A stretch of 63,336 bases of DNA, filler included, from Choristocarpus tenellus KU-1152 (GCA_964200185.2; 9 parts of 9 records of this genome joined end to end with filler, not necessarily neighbours in it), one strand, 5' to 3'; positions 11,626 through 25,899 are shown, counted from the whole stretch's first letter. Notes: a model not told the origin generated them from the letters alone. A program made the numbers and translations.

Positions 11626-14600
11626 CTGATTTCCTCCATAAGAGCCAGCATAGCCTGCAGAGCTCTCTTCCCCCCTGCTCTTCCACATGCTTCCACCGTG
11701 CTCTGGTAGAGGGATGTTCCTCTATCCCCTGGGTGTTTTGTTCTTGCCTGTGGAGTGTTGTAGTGTTATAGTGATGCTATAATGAATCAATTCTAAGAAT
11801 GCACTTTGCATGTGTTGTTGTAAAGGGAATGGTGTGGTCCTTCACAGTGGTGGTGATAACTCAATCTATAACCTATAACCTGTAACCTATTATGTATAAT
11901 CTGTAATCTATAACGAACTAGTCCTTCCACCAAAACAGTGTTTTAAAAATGAATCCATCAGGCCAGCCTCATCAAATCATACCAAAATACATGACACATT
12001 TCCAAGGAATGAGAGTATTATTACAGCATTTCACCACACAGAGTAGCTGGCTCTAGATGATACTCAGTACACCCTATAACCCTAATGTTTTATATATCAC
12101 ATTGCAATTATCACCCATATATATATATATATATACTACAAATACCACAAAAAAAATAGTTGATCACAAATAACTGACAGAAATTTACATGGAACAATCC
12201 CAAAACGCTTCAAAATATTCAACCTTTTAAAATAAAATAAAATAAAACAAGCTACCAAATGCCGATAGCATCACTACTATATTTATATTAATATTGCAAT
12301 ATGAACAATAGTATCCATGGATACCACCTCCCCCCTCGATAAAAAATAGACAAATCTCAACAAAGACTCCACATACCAAACAAAGCTAAGAAAAGGCATT
12401 ACCTCTCCCACATTCCAACAGTGATAAAATCAAGAACAGTAGTAGTACCCTCCCTCCCTAACCCTTCCCCTGACGTGTGTTGACGCCACTGTTACAAGAC
12501 ACAAAAGACACAAAACAAAAACAAATTGGGCACACTCCAACTTGTGTCATGTCTTTTTCTAGTTTGATTGAAGCCTTCAACTGGTGTATACCTTGGAAGG
12601 CATTTCCAACGTCCTTTTCAGGGTCGTAAATTGTTAGAGGGGAAATAGCCAGGGGCTAAAAAAAAGAATTTCGTTTCCTTTATGGAACGTGCGATCACAG
12701 CAGAATCTTAAAAAAAATAATCCCTCCCTCCCCCCTTGCTGCCCCCAATAAAAGGAATGTTTCTTAATACACTAGAATGGATCATATTATATCATTTCAC
12801 ACACATGGACATCAACTCTACCTAGTTTTAGTTTGCTCGCCTCATACATAGCCGAGTGAGAAGTCAGTGTACAACACACCAGTTTCATCTATACATTATT
12901 ACACCATTATTCTTCCTAAAATACCACAACATCAAAATAATGCTTTCTCCCTTCTGGATCAGTTTAAAACATTGGTTTTAGCCAAACCAATTGAGGTATA
13001 GGAAGGTTTGGATCCTTTTGCAGTCTAAATCATCTTTGCTAGCCTGTTCAATACAGTCTATTTCATCGCTCTATGTACAAAATAATAGTATACACAATAA
13101 TAGTGTAAAAAATAATAGTATACACAATAGTAGTATACAAAATAATAGTATACACAATAATAGTGTACACAATAATAGTATACAAAATAATAGTGTACAC
13201 AATAGTAGTATACACAAAATTGATATACCCTCCTTACACCACAATTCACCAAAGGCTCTTTCTACAATTGTCCAATATGACAGCTTCTTGCACTTTCCCG
13301 GGATCCTTAAAAGGCAACCCTGCCTCCCTCTCTACCTCTCAGTTGTTTTTGACTAAGATGAGTCCCTCAATAGAGACATGTTACCACCCTCATTGCTACA
13401 TCTTTCTCATCACCTCTCTTACTAATACAACCTCACTTCACACCATTAATGGGAACTTTTCTTTTTGAAGAAATACAACATTAAAAAAAAAGTCAACACC
13501 TTTTGCTTCTTCATGTAATTTTCCATTTATTCTGTTTTGTAAAAAAAAAAAGTATAAAAGAGACGGAGCGATCGAATCATATTTCTCCCAAGGAACACAA
13601 CACAACACAACACAGCACACACAACACTTCACTGAAAATAGAGTAAAATAAGGATAAATTGGGTAGTCTCATGTGTACAAATGTATCTTATTTTTACTTC
13701 TCTTCTAGCAGACCTGTGAGAGGGACTAAAGTATAAAAAAAAAGAGCTATATCCGAAGCATGTACTACTACATAGTACCAACGCTACTTAATACTATGGA
13801 GGCGTGTTTCAGAAATATTACCAGGGAAAAAAATAAATACGCGGGGAATAAAGCAATCTAAAAAAGCACTTCAACTTTGAAACGTGATTTAAACGACAAT
13901 TTGAATGTTTGAATTGTTTGTGGGGTTTTATTTGCTCCTGTTGGGAATGATATTATTAAAAAAACAAAAATGACAGGTAAAAAAGAAAACAAAAATGAGA
14001 AGAAGTTACCGTAGGTAAGGATACTCTCAATTGGGGTACTGTGTCAATCATCAATCCTTTCTTCTTTTTTTTTTTAAGATTCAAAAAATTAAATTACTAA
14101 ATAATGTTAGGTATGCTTATCTGGATAACAGTAAAATAATATTAATAATACTTGAAACAAAAGTACATTTTTCTTTTTTATCATTATTTTTACCAATGAT
14201 CATAAACACACACACACACACAGGCATACACGCCTCCCTCTCTTTAACACACTACACACAACAAAATACCATCTTTATTCCATCAGCCGATCTCTCCGAT
14301 CGCATCCAATAACATCTCCATTAGTACCCTACCCTTTGCTAGTACTCTCTTTTCTCACCTCATTGAAAATATAAAGAACATTATCCAGTGAAGCAACTCC
14401 TAGTGCTCTAACACCCTTCTTTCCCCCCATATCCATTCCAAGCACCCTCCACTCCACATCAATCTGACCATCACTTGAGCTGCACAAGTTTTCCTCCTCA
14501 GAAGAGCCCATTCCCGTCCCAGCCACCTCCACCTCACCATCCACTTCTACCACTCTAGACCCTACCAAAGCCCCTGCATTCTCCCCAATTGGCTCCTGGG

Positions 14601-14745
14601 CGATCTCATGTGGCCCGTGGGCATCTTGCTCTTGATATGAACCTCCTTTTTCTTCTTCAAGTTGTCGAGCAAGCTCCAATCCATACTCCCTTATCAAGGC
14701 AATGTATATCTCCATGATAGGCGTTTGCCCCATAGACACCATTCG
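11626..14745 (-). CDS. Pentatricopeptide-repeat (PPR) protein, internal fragment; exons 14745-14359 and 11747-11626
   Basis: RMVSMGQTPIMEIYIALIREYG...LDNVLYIFNE|ARTKHPGDRGTSLYQSTVEACGRAGGKRALQAMLALMEEIR fits PPR helices. Phase-0 junction with GT donor; the second exon ends AG|GCAAGC. Confidence 0.65.
13072..13217. repeat. 15-bp minisatellite AATA(A/G)TAGT(A/G)TACA(C/A), about 9-10 copies, inside the PPR intron
   Basis: Directly visible tandem array; it explains the repetitive NNSIH / YYYCV ORFs. Confidence 0.9.
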
Positions 14746-14978
14746 CTGTAAAAGAAATAAAAAAAACATCAAGAAAATCTTGTAAAAATATTATTAAAAA
14801 ATCTACATGAAGGGGGGGGGGGGGGGGGAATTGGGGGGGGTTTTTTTTTTTTTTATAAAGGAAAGGGGAGGGGTACCNNNNNNNNNNNNNNNNNNNNNNN
14901 NNNNNNNNNNNNNNNNNNNNNTTAATTAATTAANNNNNNNNNNNNNNNNNNNNNNNNNNNNNNNNNNNNNNNNNNNNC

Positions 14979-17900
14979 CTTCCCCTCCGTGCACTCTATG
15001 GTGAGCCAGGTGTTAACCTTTCCTGATCTTTCACTGATCGTGGCCACTTGGACGCCCATACCCTTGTACCGTACCCCATCGATCACGCAGCCCCTACGTA
15101 TCCCCACCAGCTTTTCTTTCGTCACCTCGAATCAAAAAAGGAAAAAGCAGGCATCGGCGGGGAGGAAGCACGGATTCGGACGCTGCACGGGACCAACACC
15201 ACATCGGCGAAAAAGAAAAAAAAAGCCGCTCCCATTCAACTTACTTTTTTTTAAGTAGTTGGTTGGCTCTTACTTCACTGTGTAGGCGAAGACACGAAAA
15301 ATTCGAGCCGAAATACTTTTGAGTCTTGATATGGAGTCACGCCAAGGTCGTTGGGTGAGAAATCCATTTTTAAAATCCATTTGAATATCGACACTTCAAC
15401 TGAAACAACAGTGCCCCCGCATCAAATTGAACCAGTTCAACGCATTTGTTGCCTAACCTCTGATATCCCCCAACCTTCGTGAAACTCTACTTCCAATCAA
15501 TGGGGGGGAGGGGGTACTTGTTATTGTTAAGCTGCGAGAAAACTACATAGAGATGGGGCTATAAGCACACTGTCTTATTGGATGTAAGCGCCATGATCAT
15601 TTATAAAATGACACAGCCCTGCTGACACACGGAACACACGCTGCATGGAGCAGTTGTAGCAGCGAGCACAGACTCTTCCTGTAGAAGTGCCCCCTTTTTC
15701 AACCCGAGAACAAAGTCCAAACACCAGCTTTCACAACCTACCTCAATAAAGTAACACAAACTTGTAGTAAGATCACCGTATGGTATTTCAATACCTTCAT
15801 CAAAACCAATAAATACCCTTTGCTAATTCTAGATCGTAACAACTTGTAGTCCTTTCTCTGTCTCTGTGCTGGAGATAGGATACATTCAGAAGTGTAAGGG
15901 CTAGTGATACAGCGCCACAGGCTGATTTGTACTTGGAAAACCATGTGAAATAAAAAAGGGTAACCTCATCATATTGTCTTGGTTGGGGGCTTTGAAATCT
16001 CCCTCCCCAACACAAGCTAAGTCGATGCACAACCAATGCATCTCTATGATACCTTTCCATGGACGCGGACAGAGTACTTGCGCACCATGCCTGTCATGGG
16101 ATGCTCTAGTTGCCGAGCTAGTTCCCCGTCATTGGTGAGAAGGATTAGACCCTCTGAGTTGAAATCCAGCCTGCCCTGCACAGAAAAAAAAATTAGCATA
16201 AGAGGGATGTTGAAGAGGAGCTGGAGGGGATGGGAGAGACAGACAGACAGATAAACAGACAGACAAGATGTTCGTATGATGAGCCTCTTGTGCTGCTCTC
16301 AAGGTTGTTTCAACTGGTTTGCATACTGTGGTCTTGACTCTAGCTCCAGTCGCAGTGGCGATAAAAAAATAATACGATAGGGATGAGCTATAAACCATTT
16401 TTTTTTTTTGCTGGAAAGATCAGGAGTATCAAGCCACTGCCTCCTTGACGCAGATGGCAAGGGCATGAGAGTGCTGGGGGGTAGAGCTTACCATCTACAC
16501 ATGATCTGGACAAACATACAGAAAATATTTTGAGACCACCTCCTCCACGCCCACATGCACTTGTCTACACATCAACTTCTAGAGTGTGAAGTCAATAACC
16601 ACGTGCCAGGAGTGTCCATACACCAGCACACTAGAACGGAAAATAAACCGACAGAAAAAAAAAATGTGTTGAGAAAGCCTTCATCATCCACGCACAATTA
16701 ATTATTCTACAATACAGATGATGACAATGGGATCCTTCATACACTGCAACCACCCAAATCCTCCTGCAATGATCTATCCACAACATGCCATCCCTATCTG
16801 ACTGCTCACTGTGCTAGTTTCCTAGCATCGCCCTTGGTCAAACAGTCGAATGCATTGGAGCAAGGTTAACGGAAAAGTTAAAAAATACACATCCATGCGC
16901 AATCCTACGGGGAAAAAACAACTGAAACACAGGCAAGATCAGATGCCTCCTAGCTGTAGCTAATGCTGTGACCAGCACGAGTCCAATCCTCACATGTGTC
17001 CATTGTCCATGTCAACTGTGCTGTGTTCGATGCTGGTGGTTATTCAAGAATAACGTGAAAAATCTGTATCAACTCCTTACTAATAACTTACCACAGGCAT
17101 TAGTGTGTTAGGTAGCCCCACTTTACCGAGGCGTCCAAGGAGTGTGGGTCGCTCTTTGGGGTCATTCCTCGTGACCAATTCCCCTTTGAGCTTGTGCACC
17201 ATCCACAGATGGGGGACGTGATCCTGGAATGAAGGGAGCACCTTGCCCTGCCGATAGAGTTTACGATAGAAGGGGTTACAGTACGAGCATACGTGAAAAA
17301 AGAAAATGCGCTTATGATGTGCTTATGCGACCATTAGAACACATAGGTATGAATCCCGAGCCTGCTTGTGGACGTGGGTTGTCAAGCTCTGAGTGAATCG
17401 ACCGTGTACAGTGTGATGCGAAACTCGTCGCATGGACGGATGGAGTGTTGGAGAACCAGTATACAAAACTCTCCAGAAATACCCTACTTGAAGCCTTCTC
17501 ACACAAAAATACAGTGTACGAGGGTAGGACGGGGATTAAAAAAATCAGGAATCAGACGAGGGGACTTACGTTGACACGGACGATGTCGTTCGGACCCACA
17601 TTAAGGGCTGGGCTGTTTATGGTTGTCCCATTGACAGATACGAAGTCACTGGCCAGGAGTCTTTTTTGGGGAGACGCAATTTGGGTGGTGTAGAGTGAGA
17701 TGAAGGTGGGAAGAGTTGTACCGCCTGGTCGTTGGTATTTTAACATATTTGTGAAGGAAGTTAAAAGTCGCTTCCTCAACATCCCAGATTGCACCATCAG
17801 TAGGTCGTGAGCAACAGATTGTTCAGAGAGCTGGGACGGAGAGCTACCGAGGGCAACCAAAGCCAAGGTGAAATGATGCAGGATGTGTTTGCAGAGTGAA

Positions 17901-18254
17901 ATGCACGACTCTTGACCGCTAGTGAAGACTAAAACCAAGACATTTTTCAATATAAAAGTGGATGTACCTCTCAGCCTCCCTCCTGGAAGCGATGCCTGAT
18001 CGAGCGATACGCCTTGCTATCCTCATCCACCCTGCCCGTTCCTCCTTATCTCCGTGATCCAGACCTCCAGACGCTGATACCTCCCCATCCCCATCAAGCG
18101 TGTCTGGTGCGTGCTTTGGAACGACAGCAGAGGCTGTCCCCCGTCCTTGACAAAGATGACTCCAAAATGGGTGCATAAGTCTCGGGTTTCCCACTCCAAC
18201 TTGACCCATACCTACCTGGCGCAGTTGCTGGAATCTTTGCAGAAGTGTAAACAT
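14979..18254 (-). CDS. RsuA/RluB-family pseudouridine synthase with S4 domain and N-terminal organellar-type extension, 3' truncated; exons 18254-17968, 17660-17570, 17247-17092, 16175-16053, 15125-14979
   Basis: S4 motif RIARRIARSGIASRREAE; HKLKGELVTRNDP; catalytic PV|GRLDFNSEGLILLTNDGELARQLEHP; WLTIECTEGK. All splice phases are consistent. Confidence 0.93.
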
Positions 18255-19905
18255 TTTCCTTGTAATAGAAGACAGTGTAATTTGAGGATAAAAGGGAACC
18301 TATATTAGTCTGAGTCTTGATGGAGCTTGCAAAGACTGCACTAGTGTTGTTGCCAAGGTCTGGTATGCTCGTCTTCAGTATACAATCATAGTGATTGACG
18401 TGGTTCAGCACCCAGAGTTTAATATATTGACCAGTGGTTGCCCCGTCCACTTACTGCACCATTTAAGGTTGTATTCCTCTTGTCCTTGCACTATCGTCCT
18501 ATCAACTCTCGATTGTGGACTGATCTGAGGTGAAGAAGTAGTATTCCAATGAGCTTGCCGTTAAGTACTCTGCACACTCCGCAAGTCAGAAATTAAAATG
18601 AAACATATAGCCGGTCAATTGGGAAGAATTGGTGGTGGTCTTCACCCTACATTCCTTTCCACTAGCCTTTTTCGCTTTCTCTGAAGTCCTTGGCCGATAT
18701 ATCGCAAATATCGACATCGTGACATTTTCAATGTCGATATTTGATTTACAATCATCAAGAAACTGGCGAGGGTGTCTGCCTTGTAAGGAACCTCTTTGAC
18801 ATCTACACCACGAAGATGAAAAGACCTTATTCAACCGTGGAGAGTAAGCTGGTTTCTACCACTAACACCTGGAATCTTCAATGTCGAGAGAACCAGAGAG
18901 TGTGTTACACACGAAATATCTTGATGGCGGTTTCATAAATGCCACTATATGTTTATTAGTTTAGTCATTATCATGATGACCCATTCATTGAGGGGGTGTA
19001 TGGTTGCCAGTTTTGTTTATACCCTGATGATACTTATGAGGTTGAATAATCGAAGTGAGAGATCCAGCATACATGACGACATGTGCATATGGAGCCTTGT
19101 ACGTTGTACGAACTTCATGGTCCACATATATTCTTATGGATTGGAGCTGCATATCCCATCGTGGTAAAGCTTGCGGAGAGTTTTGTAACAAGAGCGTCTC
19201 TCAGCACATCCATGACAAGCCTGGACAACAACTCAGGGAGCAAGCATCTGGTGCAAAATGGTTCCGCAATGACGCAAAATAGTTCGAAAATAAGGTAAGA
19301 AATATTCCACTTGGTGTTCCCCCGTGTTCCTGAAGAAGACCCACCTTCTAGTACATATGAGTGTGTTATATTATTGATATTAATTCTGTGCTGCATGTTT
19401 GTGTTTGGAGGTTGCCACAAAAATGATCTGCATTATTTGATATTGCACGTACAAACTAACAACGTGCACACACCATAATAAACCCAATGAACAATCCTCA
19501 TAAAATATTGTTGAAAGAAGGCAAGTAGATTATACTTCAAAGTATGTATTATACTGTATATGTTGGATATTGGAATAAATCGTCTAAAATACCTTTCTAC
19601 CTCTACCTTCACAAAACAAATGTTCCTTCTAAAATTATACACGAAAGTTCTTCGGATTAACCCAGGTTCAAATATCCAAGTTTATGGAAGATGAACTTAT
19701 TGTAAAGTGCGTATAAAATTACGACCACACCATTGTCAAGAAAAATTATATATATCTTCAGATGATATCGCAACACCTACATCCACAATGAAGGACAAGG
19801 ACAAGATCAACAAACACCTTGTTGTCACTACCTTTCCACTCTCTATTTGGATATATATTTTGCAACAGCGAAAATCTTTCTCGAGACGTCAACAACACCA
19901 CGACG

Positions 19906-22219
19906 ATGGGCAGCCTTCCACGGACTACGTACCTCTTGGTGCTCCTGATCTCAACTTCTTGCCCAACACAATCTGATGACACCACAATGTGCGAGTCCGA
20001 TTCCTCCATCAGTCCCTTCGCTCCCCTGGCCAGAAGAGTCACCGCCTTCGAGAAGCGCCAAGAGGCTGCTCAGGCCGAACTCGACCTCAGCCATCGGTGT
20101 CATAACAACAACGGCGACGAGGAAAAATATCCATCGCTGATCGGCAACTTCCACAAGACCTTGCCCCACAATGAATACGGAGAGGTGAAGCCCTTGTTGA
20201 TTCCATGAACGGACATCGATGATGATGCAAGCGCGCATATGTTGTTGGGTGTACAGAATGGGATTGGATGGCTAATATAATACTTGTTGGCGTGCGCGCT
20301 TTTCCTGTTCGATTATTGTGGTCTTGGGCATCCTCTTCCCTCCAGGTATCGAACCCCTAATGCTGTGCTGAAGAAGAGTAAAAGATAATCACATGTGGAG
20401 ATAGGAAGATGTTCTGCTTAGGGTGTTACAGTATGCTGTGGGCACCAATCTCCTTTATAGTGGAAGTCAAATTGACTCCAGCCTTGACACATCCTTTCGG
20501 CGCACACCTTTGCCCCCTCTCTATCTACATCGTTCACTCACAGGTAGATACCGAGGCCTACGATGTACTACTAAATTGCCTGTCCTCAGGGGATTTCTCC
20601 GAGTGTGATGATATACCGGGAGGACCAAGAAAGCTGGCAAATCCTTTGGGAGGACTAGCTTTCCAGATGCGAGGACCTGACCCGTGAGTTTGGGGTCATC
20701 TTGTAGAATTGAACCTGCCCTCGATACTCTGCTTCCAACGACGTGGTGAACTTCAACGCCTTGTTTGTGCTCACACCCATTTTACGGTTTATCAGTTTTC
20801 TGGACGATCAGCACTTACATAAGTAGCTGAATCTAGATGCACTCTCACCCATAAAGTTTGGCAGTTTTTGTGGCGTTTTGTCATCTTTTCTAGATATGTT
20901 TTTGTCCTGCGCACAATATAGCGTTAGCTGGGCTACCTGAACAAATCTACATATATGGGTAGGAAATATGTTGGGGCCCACCTAAGCCTGTCCTTACGTT
21001 AGGGCTGGGGTTAAAGTTAGTCATAGGGTTTGGGCACTGAAAACATTAATCCTACAAGGTTGAGGTAGGGAGCAGCAGTAACCCGAGACAACAGAGCATT
21101 GTAAGAACGAACCAAATACGTGTGAGGACAGGCTTCACACAAGCAGGGTACTCCACAAGGAAGGACTACAAGTCCATTAGGTCTCTAACGATGGACTATG
21201 GAAGTCTTACATTAGGAGGATATTCGCGGTACATTGCTCAACCATATATTAATCTAGTATATCAGTTAAATCGAAACGCCACAGTTCAAATCTGCCTTTG
21301 CTAGACAACCTTCTACACCAAATGGCCAGCTTGTTGACCTTACCATTGTCATTCCTCGCCTTCTCTTCGCTGTCCATTCCAGTCAAGCAATCGTGATAAG
21401 GCCACCACCAAGCCTGGAATCTGCACAACTGGCGGCCCAGATGGCTGAGGTAGCTTGGATATGTTGCATCTAAGATTCCTGCGTCTGTTGCATGTGTCCA
21501 TCATCAGGTGTTCTTCTATAATACCGAAGCTCATACTCGGGGCATATTCTGCTTTCTACTGTGCGATAGAAAGCTTGACCCTGACCTACTGCCCTCGTTC
21601 CAACGTGAACTTTAGGAGACTAATGTTCTTCTTCTCAGTCAGGATGGAACTCTAGGACCTAAAACATAATCTACGTGTTCTCTTTAACGTAATCTTTCGT
21701 CCCTTTTAAGTAGTTAGCAAGTGCTGAAAATATATCTCAGTTGGTGTGAAACAGTATGTGTTCGTACCCACCATGTATCCACCTCCTTTCAATGCCCCCA
21801 CGAAAGGTGTACTGGATGTCATTGCTCCGGGACGTGCCCTTCAACGAGTATGGTACAAATAAACTGGCAAAGAAGGCCGCAGGTGAGGTGATGAGCAGTT
21901 TTGATTTGTTGATATCGTAGGGGTGAACTAGAATCGGATACATAGTTTCTTTTGACATGGACTACGCCCATATTGCAGCAAATTAATAGAAGGCCCAGCA
22001 TGCCATAATAGTTGTCTTCATTAGACCTGCACCCTTTGCTCACAGACTCCTTATTCCCTGTATCAAAACCCCTGTATCATTTCCACAGAGAATCTTGCCA
22101 AGATGCCTGGATACTTTGGCTATGGTCGACCTGTAGACTCTGATGGATCAGTGGATCCCGCTAGCCAACTCTTCCGAACATCGTTCCCCGGGGTGACTGA
22201 GGGACCACACGTGTCACAG
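19906..22219 (+). CDS. Secreted vanadium-dependent haloperoxidase (brown-algal vBPO/vIPO type), N-terminal half; exons 19906-20184, 20544-20683, 21383-21449, 21807-21882, 22089-22219
   Basis: Signal-like YLLVLLISTS; NGDEEKY..GNFHKTLPHNEYGE|VD; LANPLGG; AQLAAQMAE|VYWMSLLRDVPF; DPASQLFRTSFPGVTEGPHVSQ. The vanadate-binding C-terminal half lies beyond the contig end. Confidence 0.92.
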
Positions 22220-22299
22220 GCAAGAGTACTCTTCCATGCTCATCCGTAGGTTCTGCCCAGAATCCTCCTTACGTGTAGAAATTTCTTGTGTGATGCAAT

Positions 22300-22610
22300 G
22301 AGTGAAAATATCTCAGAGGGTACGAGTTTTTTCCTTCTTTTCCATTTGGGGCTTGGCTTCTCATGGGTTCTTTTATGGCATTTTCCTACTCCAAAACGTT
22401 TCGGAGTAGGTAAAATATATGCAATATGAAAAAGGTGTGTCCAGAACATGGATATTGACCCTTGAGTGAAAGTATCTTAGAGGGTACGATTTTTTCCCTG
22501 TTTGTCCATTTGGGGCTTGGCTTCCCACGGGTTCTTTATGGCGTTTTACCTACTCCAAAACATTCTGGAGTAGGTAAAATGTTTACATTATGAAACCTTG
22601 AGCCCGCAAC
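22300..22610. mobile_element. Two tandem partial copies of MITE family A (22300-22462, 22464-22610) in a vHPO intron
   Basis: Both start GAGTGAAA(A/G)TATCT(C/T)AGAGGGTACGA and carry the internal hairpin TTTT.CCTACTCC....GGAGTAGGTAAAA. Confidence 0.85.
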
Positions 22611-23994
22611 NNNNNNNNNNNNNNNNNNNNNNNNNNNNNNNNNNNNNNNNNNNNTTAATTAATTAANNNNNNNNNNNNNNNNNNNNNNNNNNNNNNNNNN
22701 NNNNNNNNNNGGGGGTAGAGTTGAAAAATAAAAAAAAAAAAAATTGAGGGGGGGGGGGGGGGGGGGGGGGGGGGTGAACAGAGAGAAAATTATATTCAGT
22801 AAATGTTGCAGGGCGGAGAGTAGGTAATAGATCGCGTGTCATTTTTCTGGCACTCAACATTGACTAACCCTAACCCTAACCCTAACCCTAGCCCTAATCA
22901 TAAAAAACGTTGAGGACACACAATGAACTTTAGTGCCGCTAACTGGATTCTGGGTGTATCGGTAGCTGGGTTAGGGTTAGGGTTAGTGAGCTATAGTACC
23001 ATTTTGTAATTACCTGCATAAATTTCGTGGGTTCAAACCTCTTCAATTCGTGGAAACTATGTATGTTAGTGTATGAAGAGAGAGTACTACAGGTAGAAGG
23101 GAAGGGGGTCGGTATGACAATAGATAGAAGTATCCACCCTTTCGCATCTAGCAGTAGCTACTAAAGTGTCTCGGGTACTTGACAATCCCAAACCTCTTAA
23201 AGCTACCTGCATTCTACTGTCCCTGCACAATATGGTGTTCTTGAGGTGTAAAAGATTGGGTATGCCACAGTCCGCAGCCTCAAACAAGTCTTGGAAATGT
23301 GGTTAGAGGTAGAATACAGTTTAACTACAGCAGATTGATAAATACAATAGATTGAAAAACAAAGTTGGCAAAAAAGACGAGGTCCAGATAACCCTAACCC
23401 TAACCCAAGACAGTGTTTCCCCCCAAAATATCATTTGCTTCACAACACCCACTCATAGAAAAAACTAAAACAGGTATACTACTCATCAGGCAATGCCATG
23501 TCAGAAGATCTATGAGAATATTGCGCTATTGAAATTATTGTGGGGATGCTAATAGAGGGATGGGCATGTTCTACGTGTCACAGAGACCAATTCACCACCT
23601 AGTTCCACAGTTGTGCACTATTTGAGTTATCCTTGGCACAGGGAAGATTGTATAGCTAGGACTGTATTTCTAGTTTTTAACAAATATGTAATGTGTATCT
23701 GTGCTTGGTGAACACCGAAAGGCTGCATAGATTAAGTACAAATACAGAATCATATCATGTGCAGTATAATGAATATGACTAGAGTCGAACAGTGTTACAG
23801 CCAGAAGAGTAGTTGTTTCCAAACAGAGCATAGACTGTATTTCCAAGCAATGAAATAGGGTGGGAAACAAAATCGATTCTTGCACAAGAAGGTATCTTTG
23901 CTTCAGCTACCAGTTCCGTAGCATCCCCAATCCCTAAATGTCTACAAAAGTCCACAAACTAATTTATCAACCCCAACCCTAACCACCTACCTAC

Positions 23995-25043
23995 CTTTCA
24001 ACAACGTTGCTGAAGTGACTGTTGCCAGCATCCAGTCCTGTGTCAAATATTGCCACCCGTACACCCTGGCCAGTATACCCCTGCTCCCACAGCTTCTTTC
24101 CCTCCAGTCCTGCACGCCTAAAACGTTTGCCGGGCGAACTCCGTAGAGCTCGAGTACGAGATTTTCCAGTGGACATGCTTCTTTCAAACAAATGCCGCGT
24201 CGGTCCCTCATGTGACAGAATCTGTTCCCACATCTTGGTATTCATGATTCGCCTTTTGCATGCTGCATCACAGTGAAGTTCGAAATGGAGACTCACCTGA
24301 TCACTGAAGGCGAATGAACTAGGATGACGTCGAACCTCCCATGGAGGTGTTTGGTTTCTCCCAACACTCCAGATGTGTGCCCCTCTCCGCGACCCGGGGT
24401 CTCCTTCGGGAATCGAGAAGTGATAAGCACTGCTGGAAGGTCGAGAGGTCTTCGCCCTCGAGAGAATGAGTACGTTGGGTACTTCGTCCACGCCTTTCGC
24501 GTCTCGCTCCTTGCAGTTAGTAGTGGCACTCAAACACTCCCTAACATGGCCTACGCCTCCCCTTTCATCCTTTCCTTTAGCTTCCACTTTCCGAATGTCA
24601 AAATCCATCAAAGCAAGTTCATTATTAATGATGCTCTGTGGGAATACGCCGATGACTTCTTCACTTGCCCTTAGGGACTGTAGGGCAGGTTCCACCAATC
24701 TTTTGTCAAGACAAAACCCCTCCTGTCCGGCACGGAAACGCACTAAGGAAAAGTCGCTGGGAAATCTCGAGGTTGCCGCATTTTCGCGGCGTACATGCTC
24801 CCAATAAAATTTCACAGGAGAAGATGATACACCCCACCTAAATGATGTCCAAGTGTGGGGATTGAAGCCTGTTAGTGCTGAACTCAAGAGGTCATCATGG
24901 TGCGAAATAGGGTGGTATGCTGTCCACTGCACCACAAATACGGCGGAATGAACGCCATCTTCGACAGCTGCCTGGGCGAGATGTCCGAGACATGTCCACA
25001 GTGCAACCAACAAGAGGGTATGATGGCAAGGTGTCCTTGACAT
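23995..25043 (-). CDS. MBTPS1: Site-1 protease / SKI-1 subtilase (S8 family), first exon: signal peptide, prodomain, catalytic Asp region
   Basis: RRENAATSRFPSDFSLV and LWEQGYTGQGVRVAIFDTGL..NSHFSNVVER closely match S1P ([30 protein letters not shown]); GT donor at 23994. Confidence 0.85.
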
Positions 25044-25717
25044 ACTAATGAAAGCCTTTTCATTACACTATTTGGTTTGAAATCAAACGATTAGATTACA
25101 AGTTTTGTTTTGAACTCGTGGCCCCAGAGCCCCCCAGAGCAGTCCATACCTCGACTTATAGAGGTATGACACTGCAGTACCTTCACCTATTTTGTACCAA
25201 ATATTATATACAAATCCCATTTTTGTACCGCTTTTTTCGACATACTAAAAAAAATAGGCTTTTGTACCGGAATTCTCGTATTCGGGCGATTTGGTACAGA
25301 ATCGGGGAGATATTCACGTGATTTTGGCGCGCGCGTAAAAATTTCTCGCAAAAAGTGCCTTTCTTCCTGAGTCATTACCACACNNNNNNNNNNNNNNNNN
25401 NNNNNNNNNNNNNNNNNNNNNNNNNNNTTAATTAATTAANNNNNNNNNNNNNNNNNNNNNNNNNNNNNNNNNNNNNNNNNNNNGTGTAGACTCTCCCCCC
25501 CCCCCCAGATACTTTGGGTCCCTACTGTAAAGGGGAAAGGTCTGGACTCCAAGACTTTCATGCGTGGGTAACATTTTGTAATTGTTGGGTGGAAATGTGT
25601 CCATGTTGGTACAGTCTGCAATCGTGTCATTCGAGTCCAATGGAAATAGACATGCTTGTGTACATTCTTTATTATATACACCAATTACAGATTGGACTGG
25701 ATACGCCTGTTTTCGGT

Positions 25718-25899
25718 GACCCAGAGTATCTGGAGGGTGGAGGGGGGTCTACAGCAGGGTATCTATTTGGGTCATAGCCAGGAAAGGTGCAGTTAAATTA
25801 TCCATCCGACGTACGCAACCAAATTACACGAAAATCGCGACATAAAAAAGATTAGCCCCAAATGGACAGCTGCCACACTCCCCCAGATACTTTGAGCCC
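25718..25899. mobile_element. MITE family B full copy (~180 bp); other termini at 25484-25521, 28064-28143, 28296-28329, 63317-63336
   Basis: Inverted termini GACCCAGAGTATCTGG ... CCAGATACTTTGAGCCC. Confidence 0.75.

Noticed and set aside
12991-13468. ORFs with NNSIH / YYYCV repeats
   Set aside because: They are translations of a 15-bp minisatellite inside an intron.
18740-19300. Possible + strand exons between the pseudouridine synthase and vHPO genes
   Set aside because: GT donors are present, but there is no consistent spliced frame or recognisable motif.
14979-22219. Functional link between the divergent pseudouridine synthase and haloperoxidase genes
   Set aside because: They share a contig and lie about 1.65 kb apart, but have unrelated functions; ordinary eukaryotic adjacency is sufficient.
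22864-22898. True chromosome telomere
   Set aside because: The tracts are short, internal and occur in both orientations, so they are interstitial.
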